51,046 bases of DNA from a virus, in UHGV virus genome UHGV-1266211; one strand, given 5' to 3'. Under the pieces are notes generated by a model. The model was not told the DNA's origin, searched no databases, and saw nothing but the letters and a program-made list of their open reading frames with translations. Below are positions 1 through 9,146 of the stretch, piece by piece (within the stretch, counting starts at the first letter, position 1; each line of letters begins with the position of its first letter). A program made the translations under genes and the position numbers.

Positions 1-37
1 TGCAAAAACCGTGCCCTTAAATATTGAATCTCTATTC

Positions 38-54
38 AGAACACTTTCTTAAAT
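38..54. repeat. Putative attL core (17-bp direct repeat)
   Basis: agaacactttcttaaat identical to 50993-51009, 140 bp from the integrase start. Confidence 0.4.
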
Positions 55-194
55 TGTCATTTGGCATATTACGAACAATTCCGCGTAAAAACGTTCTGTT
101 ACGCTAAACCCTTATCCAGCAGGCTTTCAAGGATGTAAACCATAACACTCTGCGAACTAGTGTTACATTGCGTGTAGCTTTGAGTGGGCAACTT

Positions 195-233
195 TGTGTA
201 CACTTTTGTGTACCCAAAAACAAAAATGTGTAC
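195..233 (+). promoter_or_regulatory. Three direct TGTGTAC repeats just upstream of / overlapping the integrase start
   Basis: tgtgtac at 195-201, 207-213, 227-233; possible Int arm-type sites or int promoter operator. Confidence 0.3.
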
Positions 234-240
234 CCATTCA

Positions 241-1434
241 ATGATCACCGACACAAAGCTCAGGAAGGCGCTCGGCAAGAAAAGAGATGATATCGAGATT
301 ATTTCTGATTCGCACGGGCTCAACGCCAGAATCAGCCAGGCCGGAAAAATATCATTTTTCTATCGGTATCGCTGGGCCGGTAAAGCGGTAAAACTCAATG
401 TTGGTGATTATCCTGCAATGAGTATCACCCAGGCAAGAGAGCGTCGCCAACAATTCAGAAACTGGTTAACTGAGGGACTGGATCCGCGAGAGCAGGTGAA
501 GCTGGATAAGCAGACCCGACAGGAAGCGATGTCCGTTGCCGAAGCGTTCAATTACTGGATTGAAAGGCACTGTATCGCTAACGGGCTAGTTAAAGTCGAT
601 TACTATCGCCAGGTGTTTGAGAAACATATCGCCGAACCGATGAAGAATGTCAAAGTCGATAACACAGCGAAAATGCACTGGATCAACGTCTTCGATTCTA
701 TAGAAAGCAGGGTGATGGCTCATTACATGCTTTCGCTGTGCAAACGGGCGTTTAGGTTCTGCGTTAACAGAAGTGTGATCGCCTCAAACCCACTCGAGGG
801 ATTACTGCCATCTGATGTCGGGCAAAAGCCTAGAAAGAGAACTCGCAGGATGGACGATGACGATCTGCGCAAAATCTATCAGTGGTTGAAAAGCCATATG
901 TCGATAGAGTCCGTTTTCCTGGTGAAATTTATTATGCTTACCGGATGCCGTACGGCTGAGATTCGACTTAGTGAGAGATCATGGTTTCGATTGGATGATA
1001 ATGAGTGGGTCGTGCCTGCGGGCAGTTATAAAACTCGGGTACATATTAGAAGGGGACTCTCAGACGCCGCCGTTAACCTGGTCAGAAATCACCTCAAGAA
1101 AATAAACACCAATCACCTGGTGACTTCACAACGTAAAATTGATGGCGGGATCAAAGATTCGCCCGTTCATTCACCTGTGGCATCCAATTACGCCCGTTCT
1201 ATTTGGAATGGAACAGGTATGGCAGAGTGGTCGCTTCATGATATGAGGCGGACGATAGCCACAAATCTCTCTGAGTTAGGTTGCCCGCCGCACGTAATTG
1301 AAAAGCTGCTCGGGCATCAGATGGTGGGGGTTATGGCGCATTACAACCTTCATGACTATATCGATGATCAGAAACACTGGCTCCACGTTTGGCAGAGCCA
1401 TCTTGAAAACATCATCGGTGAGCCGTTCAGTTAA
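241..1434 (+). CDS. int: Tyrosine integrase, P4-like family
   Basis: N-terminal arm-binding-like region ([30 protein letters not shown]...ARERR), C-terminal HDMRRT...LGH...Y catalytic motifs; start may be 226 or 241 (ORF opens at GTG 184). Confidence 0.9.
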   Translation: MITDTKLRKALGKKRDDIEIISDSHGLNARISQAGKISFFYRYRWAGKAVKLNVGDYPAMSITQARERRQQFRNWLTEGLDPREQVKLDKQTRQEAMSVAEAFNYWIERHCIANGLVKVDYYRQVFEKHIAEPMKNVKVDNTAKMHWINVFDSIESRVMAHYMLSLCKRAFRFCVNRSVIASNPLEGLLPSDVGQKPRKRTRRMDDDDLRKIYQWLKSHMSIESVFLVKFIMLTGCRTAEIRLSERSWFRLDDNEWVVPAGSYKTRVHIRRGLSDAAVNLVRNHLKKINTNHLVTSQRKIDGGIKDSPVHSPVASNYARSIWNGTGMAEWSLHDMRRTIATNLSELGCPPHVIEKLLGHQMVGVMAHYNLHDYIDDQKHWLHVWQSHLENIIGEPFS

Positions 1435-1630
1435 TTGGCTGTTTCACACCTTCCCACTCTTTGACTGACTCCGACTTCCAGCGGTTAGGATTACCGGGAA
1501 AGTCCGGGGCGGGGAACGGCTTCGCAAAACCCCGCGGCATCGTGTCTGTGCTTTGCCATGACCAAAGGGTTTTACGTGAGATTTTGTATCGACTGGTCAG
1601 GTCTGACGTCAGCAAAATATCATCCATCAT
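1427..1630 (-). CDS. AlpA-family excisionase/regulator-like small protein
   Basis: 67 aa; ...ISRKTLWSW...[12 protein letters not shown] resembles the AlpA/Xis DNA-binding family; convergent with int, overlapping by 8 bp. Confidence 0.5.
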   Translation of the reverse strand: MMDDILLTSDLTSRYKISRKTLWSWQSTDTMPRGFAKPFPAPDFPGNPNRWKSESVKEWEGVKQPIN

Positions 1631-1672
1631 TTTTCTCCAATGGCCCGAACTGGGCCATTTCCAAAAGTAATA

Positions 1673-1915
1673 TCAAGAAACCTGACCAGGCAACGCGCGC
1701 AACCGGCGCATACCTGTCATCGCCGTGGCCACGTAGCTAGCCTTACGGTTCACTACCTCCACCCAGACCTTCATACCTTCAACTCTCACCGTGTACGTCT
1801 CTTTCATCTTGCTGCGGCCATAGTCGCCGTAACGTTCTGCATGAGTGGCCAGTGCTATGTCGCATGCCTTACGCGCTAACGGGGATTGCTGGTTGCCTCG
1901 GTTAATCAGTCGCAT
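1673..1915 (-). CDS. Hypothetical early protein
   Basis: ORF in leftward early operon; start chosen at internal Met to limit overlap with next gene. Confidence 0.3.
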   Translation of the reverse strand: MRLINRGNQQSPLARKACDIALATHAERYGDYGRSKMKETYTVRVEGMKVWVEVVNRKASYVATAMTGMRRLRALPGQVS

Positions 1916-2105
1916 GGTCACCGCCTTCTGGATTGGATGGTTGACGGAAAACCGCTCGGGACGGCGACCAATCGCAATATGCATCGGTTTCGGTATGCCC
2001 GAAAATTGCCTTACAGCGACGGATATGGGCGCAGTCGCCGCAGGTCTTACCCTTCGGGAGTTGCATTTTATCGGGGTCTGCCGGGTTATAATTTAGCTCA
2101 GTCAT
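1902..2105 (-). CDS. Small Cys-rich early protein (Ral-like by size and position only)
   Basis: 67 aa with CGDC...C...C pattern, located beside the recombination genes. Confidence 0.3.
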   Translation of the reverse strand: MTELNYNPADPDKMQLPKGKTCGDCAHIRRCKAIFGHTETDAYCDWSPSRAVFRQPSNPEGGDHATD

Positions 2106-2454
2106 TCCAGGCCTCCAGCTCGTTCTGAATCTCTTCGTCTATTTCGTCGTTGCTGGCCTCTTCATTGAGGTAGCTCAGTGCTTCTTTCCTGTACTGCTCA
2201 CGACGGCTGCTGTCGTACCAAACTGAGAATTCTGGAGACCAGCCACGGTCATCGCCGTTTTCAGCAAAAAAATCATGCATTGCGTTGTTATAGGCCAGGC
2301 TCTCTACCATGCATTCAGCAGTTGTCAGGGCGCATTCCCGGATGTAACCGCGAAGGTGGTGTTTGCGCCACCAAGGACTTACTTTCGAATCGCAACGTCC
2401 TTTGAACTCAATTTCCCAGCGGCGGATGCAGCGTGCGTTTAAAGATTTACTCAT
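2098..2454 (-). CDS. Hypothetical early protein
   Basis: 118-aa ORF immediately downstream of the annealing protein, same strand. Confidence 0.45.
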   Translation of the reverse strand: MSKSLNARCIRRWEIEFKGRCDSKVSPWWRKHHLRGYIRECALTTAECMVESLAYNNAMHDFFAENGDDRGWSPEFSVWYDSSRREQYRKEALSYLNEEASNDEIDEEIQNELEAWND

Positions 2455-2488
2455 CTCGTTACCGGGAGGGTTCGCCCTCCCGCCTCCC

Positions 2489-3580
2489 TTAGGCCACGTA
2501 TTCCGGTTTCATATCCGCCAAGGTGATGCTGAACTGATCGTGCAGTTCGTCGCCCAGATGACGTTTCGCCGTTGCAAGAACTCGCTCAACTTCCCCAAAC
2601 CGTTCAGCTGCATCCGGTTCATCCGGAGACGGCAGGGAGTTGATCGCGGCTTCAACCTTGTTACGTGAATCAACCAGGTAGTAGCGCTTCACTGCCTTAT
2701 TCTTCAGCTCGGTGAACAGGGCAGATCCGAGCGTGGCCTTCGCGCTTTCGATATCAGCACGCAGTGCTTTGGCGCTATCAACATCCTGTGCTGCCTCGAT
2801 GCGCTCGCGGAAATCATCGGCAAGAGCGTCGATATTTACCGACGATTCGTGTGCGCTTTGCGTAGTTGTGACGGTGTCACCTGCGATTTCAGCAACGCTC
2901 ATTCGTTGGGCTGAGCCAGGGTTAATAACTTTTTCTTCTCGTTCTTCGACTTCATCGGCACTGTAAACACCAAGAATCACATCAGGGCAGTACAAGCGAG
3001 CCCAGCGCTTTACCGCGAGATAAGCGAGCTGCTGACGCGGATCACTTGCCCATAGTGTCGAATTACGAACCTGAGCCTGAGAAAGCATGAGTACCAGTTC
3101 GCGTGGCTCATCCTCGCCTTTCATCGTTGCCCACACACGAATTCCTACACCGGCCTCATCCTTTAAATCCCAACCGGGCGCGATGTACTTATTGCCTTTA
3201 GAACTGGTTCTCTCTACAAATCGACCAATGATGTTTTCCCATGGGCCAAACCAATCGTAATGAAGGCGATCTTTTGTAGGCGACATGTTGGTAACAACCG
3301 CATTAACCAGTTGAGCTTCGTAACCCAACACTCCGCTATTACCGACGATGTGGGTCTTCTGAGCTACGGCAAAGGGGTCCATACCCCATCGTGCGGCCTG
3401 CATGACCACAGCCATGCAGGCATCTGGTTTTCCGCGGAAGTGGTCAGGTACAAAAGCGCCACTATTTGCCATCACTGTCGACAAGGTGCGTAGGCGGTCG
3501 AAAAGTTCCCCATTAGTCAAAATTGAGATGTTATCGATCATTTGCGTCTTGTTTTCGTTGGTAGTAATTGCAGTAGACAT
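2489..3580 (-). CDS. Single-strand annealing protein, RecT/Red-beta superfamily
   Basis: 363 aa; ...NSTLWASDPRQQLAYLAVKRWARLYCP resembles the conserved W...P...R...A core of Bet/RecT proteins; sits downstream of the exonuclease as in recE-recT. Confidence 0.75.
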   Translation of the reverse strand: MSTAITTNENKTQMIDNISILTNGELFDRLRTLSTVMANSGAFVPDHFRGKPDACMAVVMQAARWGMDPFAVAQKTHIVGNSGVLGYEAQLVNAVVTNMSPTKDRLHYDWFGPWENIIGRFVERTSSKGNKYIAPGWDLKDEAGVGIRVWATMKGEDEPRELVLMLSQAQVRNSTLWASDPRQQLAYLAVKRWARLYCPDVILGVYSADEVEEREEKVINPGSAQRMSVAEIAGDTVTTTQSAHESSVNIDALADDFRERIEAAQDVDSAKALRADIESAKATLGSALFTELKNKAVKRYYLVDSRNKVEAAINSLPSPDEPDAAERFGEVERVLATAKRHLGDELHDQFSITLADMKPEYVA

Positions 3581-3592
3581 GTTCTTTTCCCC

Positions 3593-6403
3593 TTATGCCT
3601 GAGTACGCAGCGCTTCAAGGCGGCGCAGGTCGAAGTCGTTCAGTTCGTCGGTGTAATCAGCGGTGATCGGCGCTGGCCATTCGCCAGTGTCAAAGCCGGT
3701 AGCGATAGCGCGCATCGCCTTGCGGTACTCGAGCATGCCCAGCTCTAGCAGTTCAGCGGATGCCTCGATGATGGCGATCCAGTGGTAGTTCTCGTCTTTG
3801 TTGACGAAAATCCAGAAGAACTGGTCAAGTGCCGCGGTCTCGCAATACATGGCGGCGCTCAGGTGATAGTCACGGTCGATGATTTCCCGGTGCAGTTTGG
3901 CGCGCAGACCTTCCTGCTTAATGTTCCACATGCTGATGGTTTTAAGGTCGGCACCGATGCGTACCCCGTCCAAGTCGATCTCAAGGTCAGGACGCACGCG
4001 GACTTCAAGTCCGGTTTCGTCGTCAAAGCCAAAATAGCTCACCTCAACAGCGCGGCTCGGATGCTGAAGCAGCATCCCGGCGGTTGGGTGCTTTAGCAGG
4101 GCTTTCTGAATGGCCAGTGCGGTGCTCAGCTGCTGGCGGGTGACCAGCACTTTCCCATGCGGATTCTCGCGCCACGCATCCAACAACTCGTCGGCGAATA
4201 CGGCTTCCGGATTAACAGACTTCACGGCCTGAATCAGGTCTGATTTGGTACCGGACACTTTCAGTGGTTGGGGCTTCTGCGCCTCCTGTGCAACCAAGTC
4301 AGGATTGATGATTGCCAGCTGCTCGAGCAGCGCGTCACGGCTACCGCTGGTTTTCACCTGCGGCGGCAGGGTGGCGTTGTACTCTTTGATGCAGGCTTTC
4401 ATCGCCGCTGCGGTCTGCTTCTGGTCCGCTTCGATCCGCTGGTACTCTTCTGGCAGCGACATGTAGCTCTGGCCAGTTTCCTCGACTGAACCACCCAGTG
4501 GCACCTGAGCAGGCAGTGTGGCGTTGTATTCTTCCAACAACGCTTTGATGTCGTCGGCGCTCAATTGCGCTGGCAGGCTGGCGTTGTACTCATCGATAAA
4601 CGCGCGGATTGTTGCCGTTGTGGTGAACGCGCCTTCCGGGATCATCGGTTCAACGCTGAACTCTTCATCAAGCTGCTCTGGCTGCAACGCAAGGCCGTGC
4701 ACCAGGTTACCCATGTCCAGTACCGGAGAACGCTCTTTGGTGATCGTTTTGGCAACGTGGCGCGCATTGAAGTACATCAGCGATACACGCGCATCTTTCA
4801 CCTGGGTTGAGCTGATACCGTTCGCTGCGTGATAAACCTCGTTCGGCAACCCTTCATAGCGGCCTGGCTCAAAGTAAGCAGGGTAAACAACAGCCGGTTC
4901 GTCAGAATGAGATTCTGGCTCGGTTTGTGCCGCAACTGGTTCAGTTTGGTTTACAGAATCGCTGTTTTGGCTAACAGAATCCGCATTCTGGTTTACATCG
5001 GCCTGCTGGCCGGTATGTGACTCTTCACCAGTTTCCAGACTGCTTTCTCCTGACTGCACTTCATCACCAGCCTGTTCTTCATCACTGACAGTTTCTTCCA
5101 TCTGCACATTGCTGGTGGTTTCCTCATTAAGTGGTGAACGGTCATCTGTTTGTGTTTGTTGATCACCCATCAGGCCATCAATGGAGAATACGCCGTTGCC
5201 CATGTTGGCGATTTGTGGCTGTTTAGCAGCTGTTTTCTGCTCTGCAGCGACCTGCTCATTAAACTCATTTTCCCAACTGACGTCCGGCGCATGACCAGCA
5301 TCAGCCAGCGTTTCTTCTGAGGGGTTTGAGTGGTCATTTTCGGTTAGATTGGCATTGATATATGCCCGCAACCGCCCAGGAAAGTTAACCAATTCGGATG
5401 ATGTGCCGCGGATGAGTGCAAAGATGGCGGCGCGTGAATAGTCCAGGATGCCAGCGGTTTTGCGCAGCGCCTCAGACCATTCGCTGAACGGACTTTCTTT
5501 CTTGCTGACAATCTCTTTAGCGCGGCGGTAGACCCCACCAGGTATGTCGTAGATATTGAAATCCATTGGCAAGGTGGCCAGCGCAATTTCAACATCCAGA
5601 GTGTCCAGTGTGTGGACGTAGTCGGTATTGCGATCGGTCTTATTTCCACCGCCAGCATTGGTTTTGACGTCAGTGCGTTGAATCTGCACAACACGGTTGC
5701 CTTTCTGCCATTCCTTGACCAGCAGGCCACGGTCGATGTAATCAGTGTTGAACCACACCGTCAGGAACTGGATAACTGTTGCCAGTTCCGGTTTTTTACC
5801 GTCGACAGGGAAGGCTTTCTTAACGGCATTCACGACTTTATGGATATCGTGCTCAATGGCTTTTTTGAATGCTTCCACATTCTCAGCAGCCAGCAGCAGG
5901 TTTTGGGCGTACGCGTTATCAGTGTCCATCTCAAGGCGGACAATCTCGTTTTTCTGACCAGCGTCGACGTGATAGAGATATTCACCATCACCGATGAACT
6001 GAGCCAGTACGCGCTGACGGAATGGCAGGGTGGCAACGACGATCAGGTTCGGCTGCTCTGACTGCTGAGATTCTTCTGCGGTGCTGTCTTCAGTATCCGC
6101 GTCGTCGACAGACTCATCTTCAGCCTGTTGTTTAACATTCCAGGTGCGCTGGTCTTCAGCCAGTTCGTAACGATCGCACCATGTGAAATCAACTTCGCCT
6201 TCTTCTGGCAGGTCGTTGTACACCGGGAAATCAGTGCGAATAGGTTTGGCGTAGTCCTTACCACGGCCGGTTTCGATGCCTGCATCTTCCAGTGCAACAT
6301 CCAGCTGCAGGTTGGCGCGAGCCTCGGTTTTCGCAGTGAACCAGACCACTGCATCTTGTTTTCCGGATTTCTGAGTGGCTTTAACCACATTAAAGAATTC
6401 CAT
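3593..6403 (-). CDS. recE: RecE-like exonuclease VIII (large, C-terminal nuclease domain)
   Basis: 936 aa, acidic low-complexity N-terminal two-thirds and globular C-terminal domain, directly upstream of the annealing protein as in Rac recE-recT; contains three tandem ~20-aa repeats (EYNA[ST]LP[AP]Q). Confidence 0.7.
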   Translation of the reverse strand: MEFFNVVKATQKSGKQDAVVWFTAKTEARANLQLDVALEDAGIETGRGKDYAKPIRTDFPVYNDLPEEGEVDFTWCDRYELAEDQRTWNVKQQAEDESVDDADTEDSTAEESQQSEQPNLIVVATLPFRQRVLAQFIGDGEYLYHVDAGQKNEIVRLEMDTDNAYAQNLLLAAENVEAFKKAIEHDIHKVVNAVKKAFPVDGKKPELATVIQFLTVWFNTDYIDRGLLVKEWQKGNRVVQIQRTDVKTNAGGGNKTDRNTDYVHTLDTLDVEIALATLPMDFNIYDIPGGVYRRAKEIVSKKESPFSEWSEALRKTAGILDYSRAAIFALIRGTSSELVNFPGRLRAYINANLTENDHSNPSEETLADAGHAPDVSWENEFNEQVAAEQKTAAKQPQIANMGNGVFSIDGLMGDQQTQTDDRSPLNEETTSNVQMEETVSDEEQAGDEVQSGESSLETGEESHTGQQADVNQNADSVSQNSDSVNQTEPVAAQTEPESHSDEPAVVYPAYFEPGRYEGLPNEVYHAANGISSTQVKDARVSLMYFNARHVAKTITKERSPVLDMGNLVHGLALQPEQLDEEFSVEPMIPEGAFTTTATIRAFIDEYNASLPAQLSADDIKALLEEYNATLPAQVPLGGSVEETGQSYMSLPEEYQRIEADQKQTAAAMKACIKEYNATLPPQVKTSGSRDALLEQLAIINPDLVAQEAQKPQPLKVSGTKSDLIQAVKSVNPEAVFADELLDAWRENPHGKVLVTRQQLSTALAIQKALLKHPTAGMLLQHPSRAVEVSYFGFDDETGLEVRVRPDLEIDLDGVRIGADLKTISMWNIKQEGLRAKLHREIIDRDYHLSAAMYCETAALDQFFWIFVNKDENYHWIAIIEASAELLELGMLEYRKAMRAIATGFDTGEWPAPITADYTDELNDFDLRRLEALRTQA

Positions 6404-6542
6404 GTGAGATCCTCATTTTTGGGTGTTAGAATCCCCGGGCCATTGATAGCGCCCATTGGGTTAACTTTGGTTTTGATGTTGTTTCCGGTGTAACTTTGGT
6501 CGGTGCCACCGGACGTAGATCCCGCCTTGCGCGGGGTGTACG

Positions 6543-6704
6543 TTAGCCTTCGTGAGCCATCTGGTCGTGCGAAGCGCAACGTTTGGAGCAATACTCTTTC
6601 TCTTTGCGCGCCAGCAGTGAGCCGTTGCGATAGAGAAGGGTGCTTTTGATTACCTCTTCCGGTTTAACCGGTTTGCTGCAATAACCGCATTTCTTGTCTT
6701 GCAT
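6543..6704 (-). CDS. Small Zn-ribbon protein (YdaE-like by position)
   Basis: 53 aa, MQDKKCGYCSKPV...CSKRCASHD; GGAGAG RBS 6 nt upstream of ATG; not in ORF track (<60 aa). Confidence 0.4.
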   Translation of the reverse strand: MQDKKCGYCSKPVKPEEVIKSTLLYRNGSLLARKEKEYCSKRCASHDQMAHEG

Positions 6705-6715
6705 GACACTCTCCG

Positions 6716-7081
6716 TTAATGGCTGAGGCCATTCCCCAGACCGTTCAGATAAACTTCAACCAGCAAATCCCTGGTGTAAGTCATCTCAACGCCGCGATGC
6801 AGATACAAACGACCACGAGCATTGGCTGATGCCGTCCAGGTTGAATCCTTGTGTTTGACGAGCATCCCCGGCTGAACTGCGCCGCGGTTTACTGTCTGTG
6901 TACCGTAGTGCTGATGAACCATGATGTTCTCCACTATTGCTGAGTGAACTTCGCTGGTGGTGCCGTGGTGCTGATCTTCACAGTTGAGCGTTTTAACTCT
7001 GCAGTTCACCACCGCGAAACCCACTCTTATGTGCCTGTCTTTTATCCACTTCAGGCTCGGTGGTATGCTGGTAGTTCTCAC
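6716..7081 (-). CDS. Hypothetical early protein (start uncertain; GTG at 7081 or internal Met)
   Basis: ORF in leftward early operon; no recognisable motif. Confidence 0.4.
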   Translation of the reverse strand: MRTTSIPPSLKWIKDRHIRVGFAVVNCRVKTLNCEDQHHGTTSEVHSAIVENIMVHQHYGTQTVNRGAVQPGMLVKHKDSTWTASANARGRLYLHRGVEMTYTRDLLVEVYLNGLGNGLSH

Positions 7082-7101
7082 ACAGCCAGCAAGGAATAAC
7101 T

Positions 7102-7395
7102 ATGAAATCAGTAACTAAGCCATGTCCTATTTGTGGTGAAGATTCTTTGTCTTTTAACCAGACAAATCAGTTGGTTAACATCAAAGTAAAACCACCAACT
7201 ATTCGTGAAGTTCCATCAGTGGTTTACGTTTGCGATACTCACGGATGGTTTTCACTTTCAGAACAGATAAACAGACTCGTCACATCTAATGACGACCCTG
7301 CGGCTAAGCAAAAACTGGCTGTTATTGTCAAAGAGCGATATGTGCCGGAACAGGATCAGCCGTTAGCCCTGAAACCTATTGAGTCGCTCGCATAA
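7102..7395 (+). CDS. Zn-ribbon protein (CPxCG ... C.THG)
   Basis: 97 aa, AAGGA RBS 9 nt upstream; opposite strand to the surrounding early operon. Confidence 0.45.
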   Translation: MKSVTKPCPICGEDSLSFNQTNQLVNIKVKPPTIREVPSVVYVCDTHGWFSLSEQINRLVTSNDDPAAKQKLAVIVKERYVPEQDQPLALKPIESLA

Positions 7396-7645
7396 GGTCT
7401 TTTCGGCTCTCGCTGCGATATCCCAGGCGGTACATTTTCACGTAGGCTTTGCCGCGAGGAATGCCGCCTGTTTTGTTGAATCTCTGCTGGGCGCGGCGAT
7501 GGTGTTTTGCTTCAGGGCTGTTTGAACCTTTCCCGCCATTCGATCGAGAACTTGGGAGTTGCATTGGCTTTTGGCGTGAATAGAATTTACGTGCCCAGCA
7601 TGCTCCAAAGCCGATCATGCCTGTTTTCTTCGTATTACCTTTCAT
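7376..7645 (-). CDS. Putative first gene of the leftward early operon (N position); identity unsupported
   Basis: 89-aa basic, low-complexity ORF about 80 bp downstream of the OL-like operators; may be spurious. Confidence 0.25.
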   Translation of the reverse strand: MKGNTKKTGMIGFGACWARKFYSRQKPMQLPSSRSNGGKGSNSPEAKHHRRAQQRFNKTGGIPRGKAYVKMYRLGYRSESRKDLMRATQ

Positions 7646-7727
7646 CTCAATCCCCTCGTTTGCCCTTGTCGCCAGGCCAGCGGAACGTTTGAACTTGATG
7701 CGCTTAGTGTTTCTCGATGGGGTGATG

Positions 7728-7766
7728 ATAGCTAAGGCGATTTATTTTATCAATCGCTTAAACGAT
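7728..7766. promoter_or_regulatory. OL-like operators (two near-copies of ATCGC-N4-GCGAT)
   Basis: ATAGC-TAAG-GCGAT at 7728-7741 and ATCGC-TTAA-ACGAT at 7753-7766, same motif as the two perfect sites between cI and cro. Confidence 0.35.
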
Positions 7767-8094
7767 AATATTGTGATTTTGCCGATTATTATTTGATTTA
7801 TAAAGTGATTTATTTTTGTATGAGATGCGTGATATGCTCAAAAAAACACCAGGCGGGGATATTGATATGGGTTTAGGAATGGATATGTCACGTGATGAGC
7901 TGCTGGAAGATCGCGCTGCTTTCATGGCTGGCGAGATTGGCGGTGCAGTTGTCGAGTAGATAATCAACGGTGTGGTGATAAGTCGAGATGCGATAGTAGA
8001 TAGCTTGGAGACTAAGCGTCGCGCGGTTGGAAATGTGATTCACAAAGGAGTGTTGTGGGATGTCACTGCTATGGTGAGAAAAGGAATATGAAAA

Positions 8095-8109
8095 CCGGCA
8101 TAATGCCGG
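8095..8109 (-). terminator. Hairpin immediately after the stop of the cI-operon membrane protein
   Basis: ccggcat-a-atgccgg perfect palindrome; short T-run on minus strand. Confidence 0.4.
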
Positions 8110-8110
8110 T

Positions 8111-8743
8111 TTACTTTGATTTTTCCTGTTGGTGAAGTACTCGTGGAGTAGTTGGTTCTTGAGGTAATTGGATGATAACAGGTTGCTGCGCTACTGGTTG
8201 AACTACGGGCGGATCACTCTTCAAGGCAGAAACAAGACTAGGTAATGCAACGACAACCGCAATGATAACGCCAAAAATAGCAAGCCTAGTGGAAATACCT
8301 GATTGAATACCGCCAATCGCAGTGTTTATTCCTGTAATTTGCCCTTGTATACCTTCGAATTTGCCATTGATGGCTTTTACATCCCCATCAACGCTATCCA
8401 TTTTCCCTTCAATTTTAGAAGAAATAGAGCTAATAGATGAATTGAGCGATGCCAGCTGAACGTTCATATTCTCGCGTGACAAAGCCATTTCAGCTCTAAT
8501 CGAAGATGCAATGGACTCCATCTCCGCCTTATTGGCAGCTAGAAGTGCTTGCATTTCTTCACGGCTAACTGATGACATTTCATTTCCCCCATCAGTTTCA
8601 TTAGCTTCATCTGTTGATTTGATAAAGTTAGTATACATTTCTTCTTTATCGACGCGTAGTCTGTTTTGAACATTGGGGTACAGGTCATCTTTATCAATGC
8701 CAGAACCGCAGTCTGGGACAGCTTTGAGAGATGGGCCCATCAC
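8111..8743 (-). CDS. Coiled-coil protein with single C-terminal transmembrane helix (rexB/sieB-position gene)
   Basis: 210 aa; long heptad-like Ser/Ile-rich segment then IFGVIIAVVVALPSLVSAL; start overlaps upstream stop (ATGA). Confidence 0.7.
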   Translation of the reverse strand: MMGPSLKAVPDCGSGIDKDDLYPNVQNRLRVDKEEMYTNFIKSTDEANETDGGNEMSSVSREEMQALLAANKAEMESIASSIRAEMALSRENMNVQLASLNSSISSISSKIEGKMDSVDGDVKAINGKFEGIQGQITGINTAIGGIQSGISTRLAIFGVIIAVVVALPSLVSALKSDPPVVQPVAQQPVIIQLPQEPTTPRVLHQQEKSK

Positions 8744-9102
8744 TTCCCATCCTCTCCTTGATCTTCTTTTCTTTTATTAATCAGTGTCCTGGCTTTTTTA
8801 TAAGAAAAAAGCAGTACATGTGCGCAGTGATCACACGTGATTCGAAATAGTGGCATACCGCCAGGATATGTCACAGCACTATCAGTATCAGGTTTGTATT
8901 GTGCATAACTAAGTGTTTCGATCACATGATGTTTTGGCTGATTTTCTTCTACATCAAGATCAAAGGCACCAACTACAGACCATGACTGGTTCCCGCAGAT
9001 TTGGCAAGTTATTGGTTTTTTGAATGAATTTATGAAATCAATGAACTCATCCGCTGTGATAATCTCGGAGTTTGCTTCACTATGAAATAATTCCGATTTC
9101 AT
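8740..9102 (-). CDS. Zn-ribbon protein (rexA-position gene)
   Basis: 120 aa from Met with AAGGA RBS; CQIC ... CDHC pairs; immediately downstream of cI, same strand. Confidence 0.65.
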   Translation of the reverse strand: MKSELFHSEANSEIITADEFIDFINSFKKPITCQICGNQSWSVVGAFDLDVEENQPKHHVIETLSYAQYKPDTDSAVTYPGGMPLFRITCDHCAHVLLFSYKKARTLINKRKEDQGEDGK

Positions 9103-9146
9103 AATTATGATCCTTTTCTGGGCCAAAGTAGATAAAAAGTACAGTT

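Noticed and set aside
11-25. Second flank similarity (gtgcccttaaatatt versus 50919-50935) as an alternative att core
   Set aside because: Imperfect and not collinear with the 17-bp repeat; the right copy forms a hairpin after the invertase gene, so likely a terminator or chance match.
99-323. 74-aa minus-strand ORF at the left junction
   Set aside because: Overlaps the integrase start region and the TGTGTAC repeats; no RBS; likely a chance ORF.
6043-6591. 182-aa minus-strand ORF and 121-aa plus-strand ORF overlapping the recE start
   Set aside because: Overlap the recE 5' end in other frames; the only supported gene here is the 53-aa Zn-ribbon ORF at 6543-6704.
7507-7692. 61-aa plus-strand ORF and 41-aa ORF at 7834-7959 in the AT-rich early-left leader
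   Set aside because: No RBS, low-complexity translations, located in a promoter/operator region.
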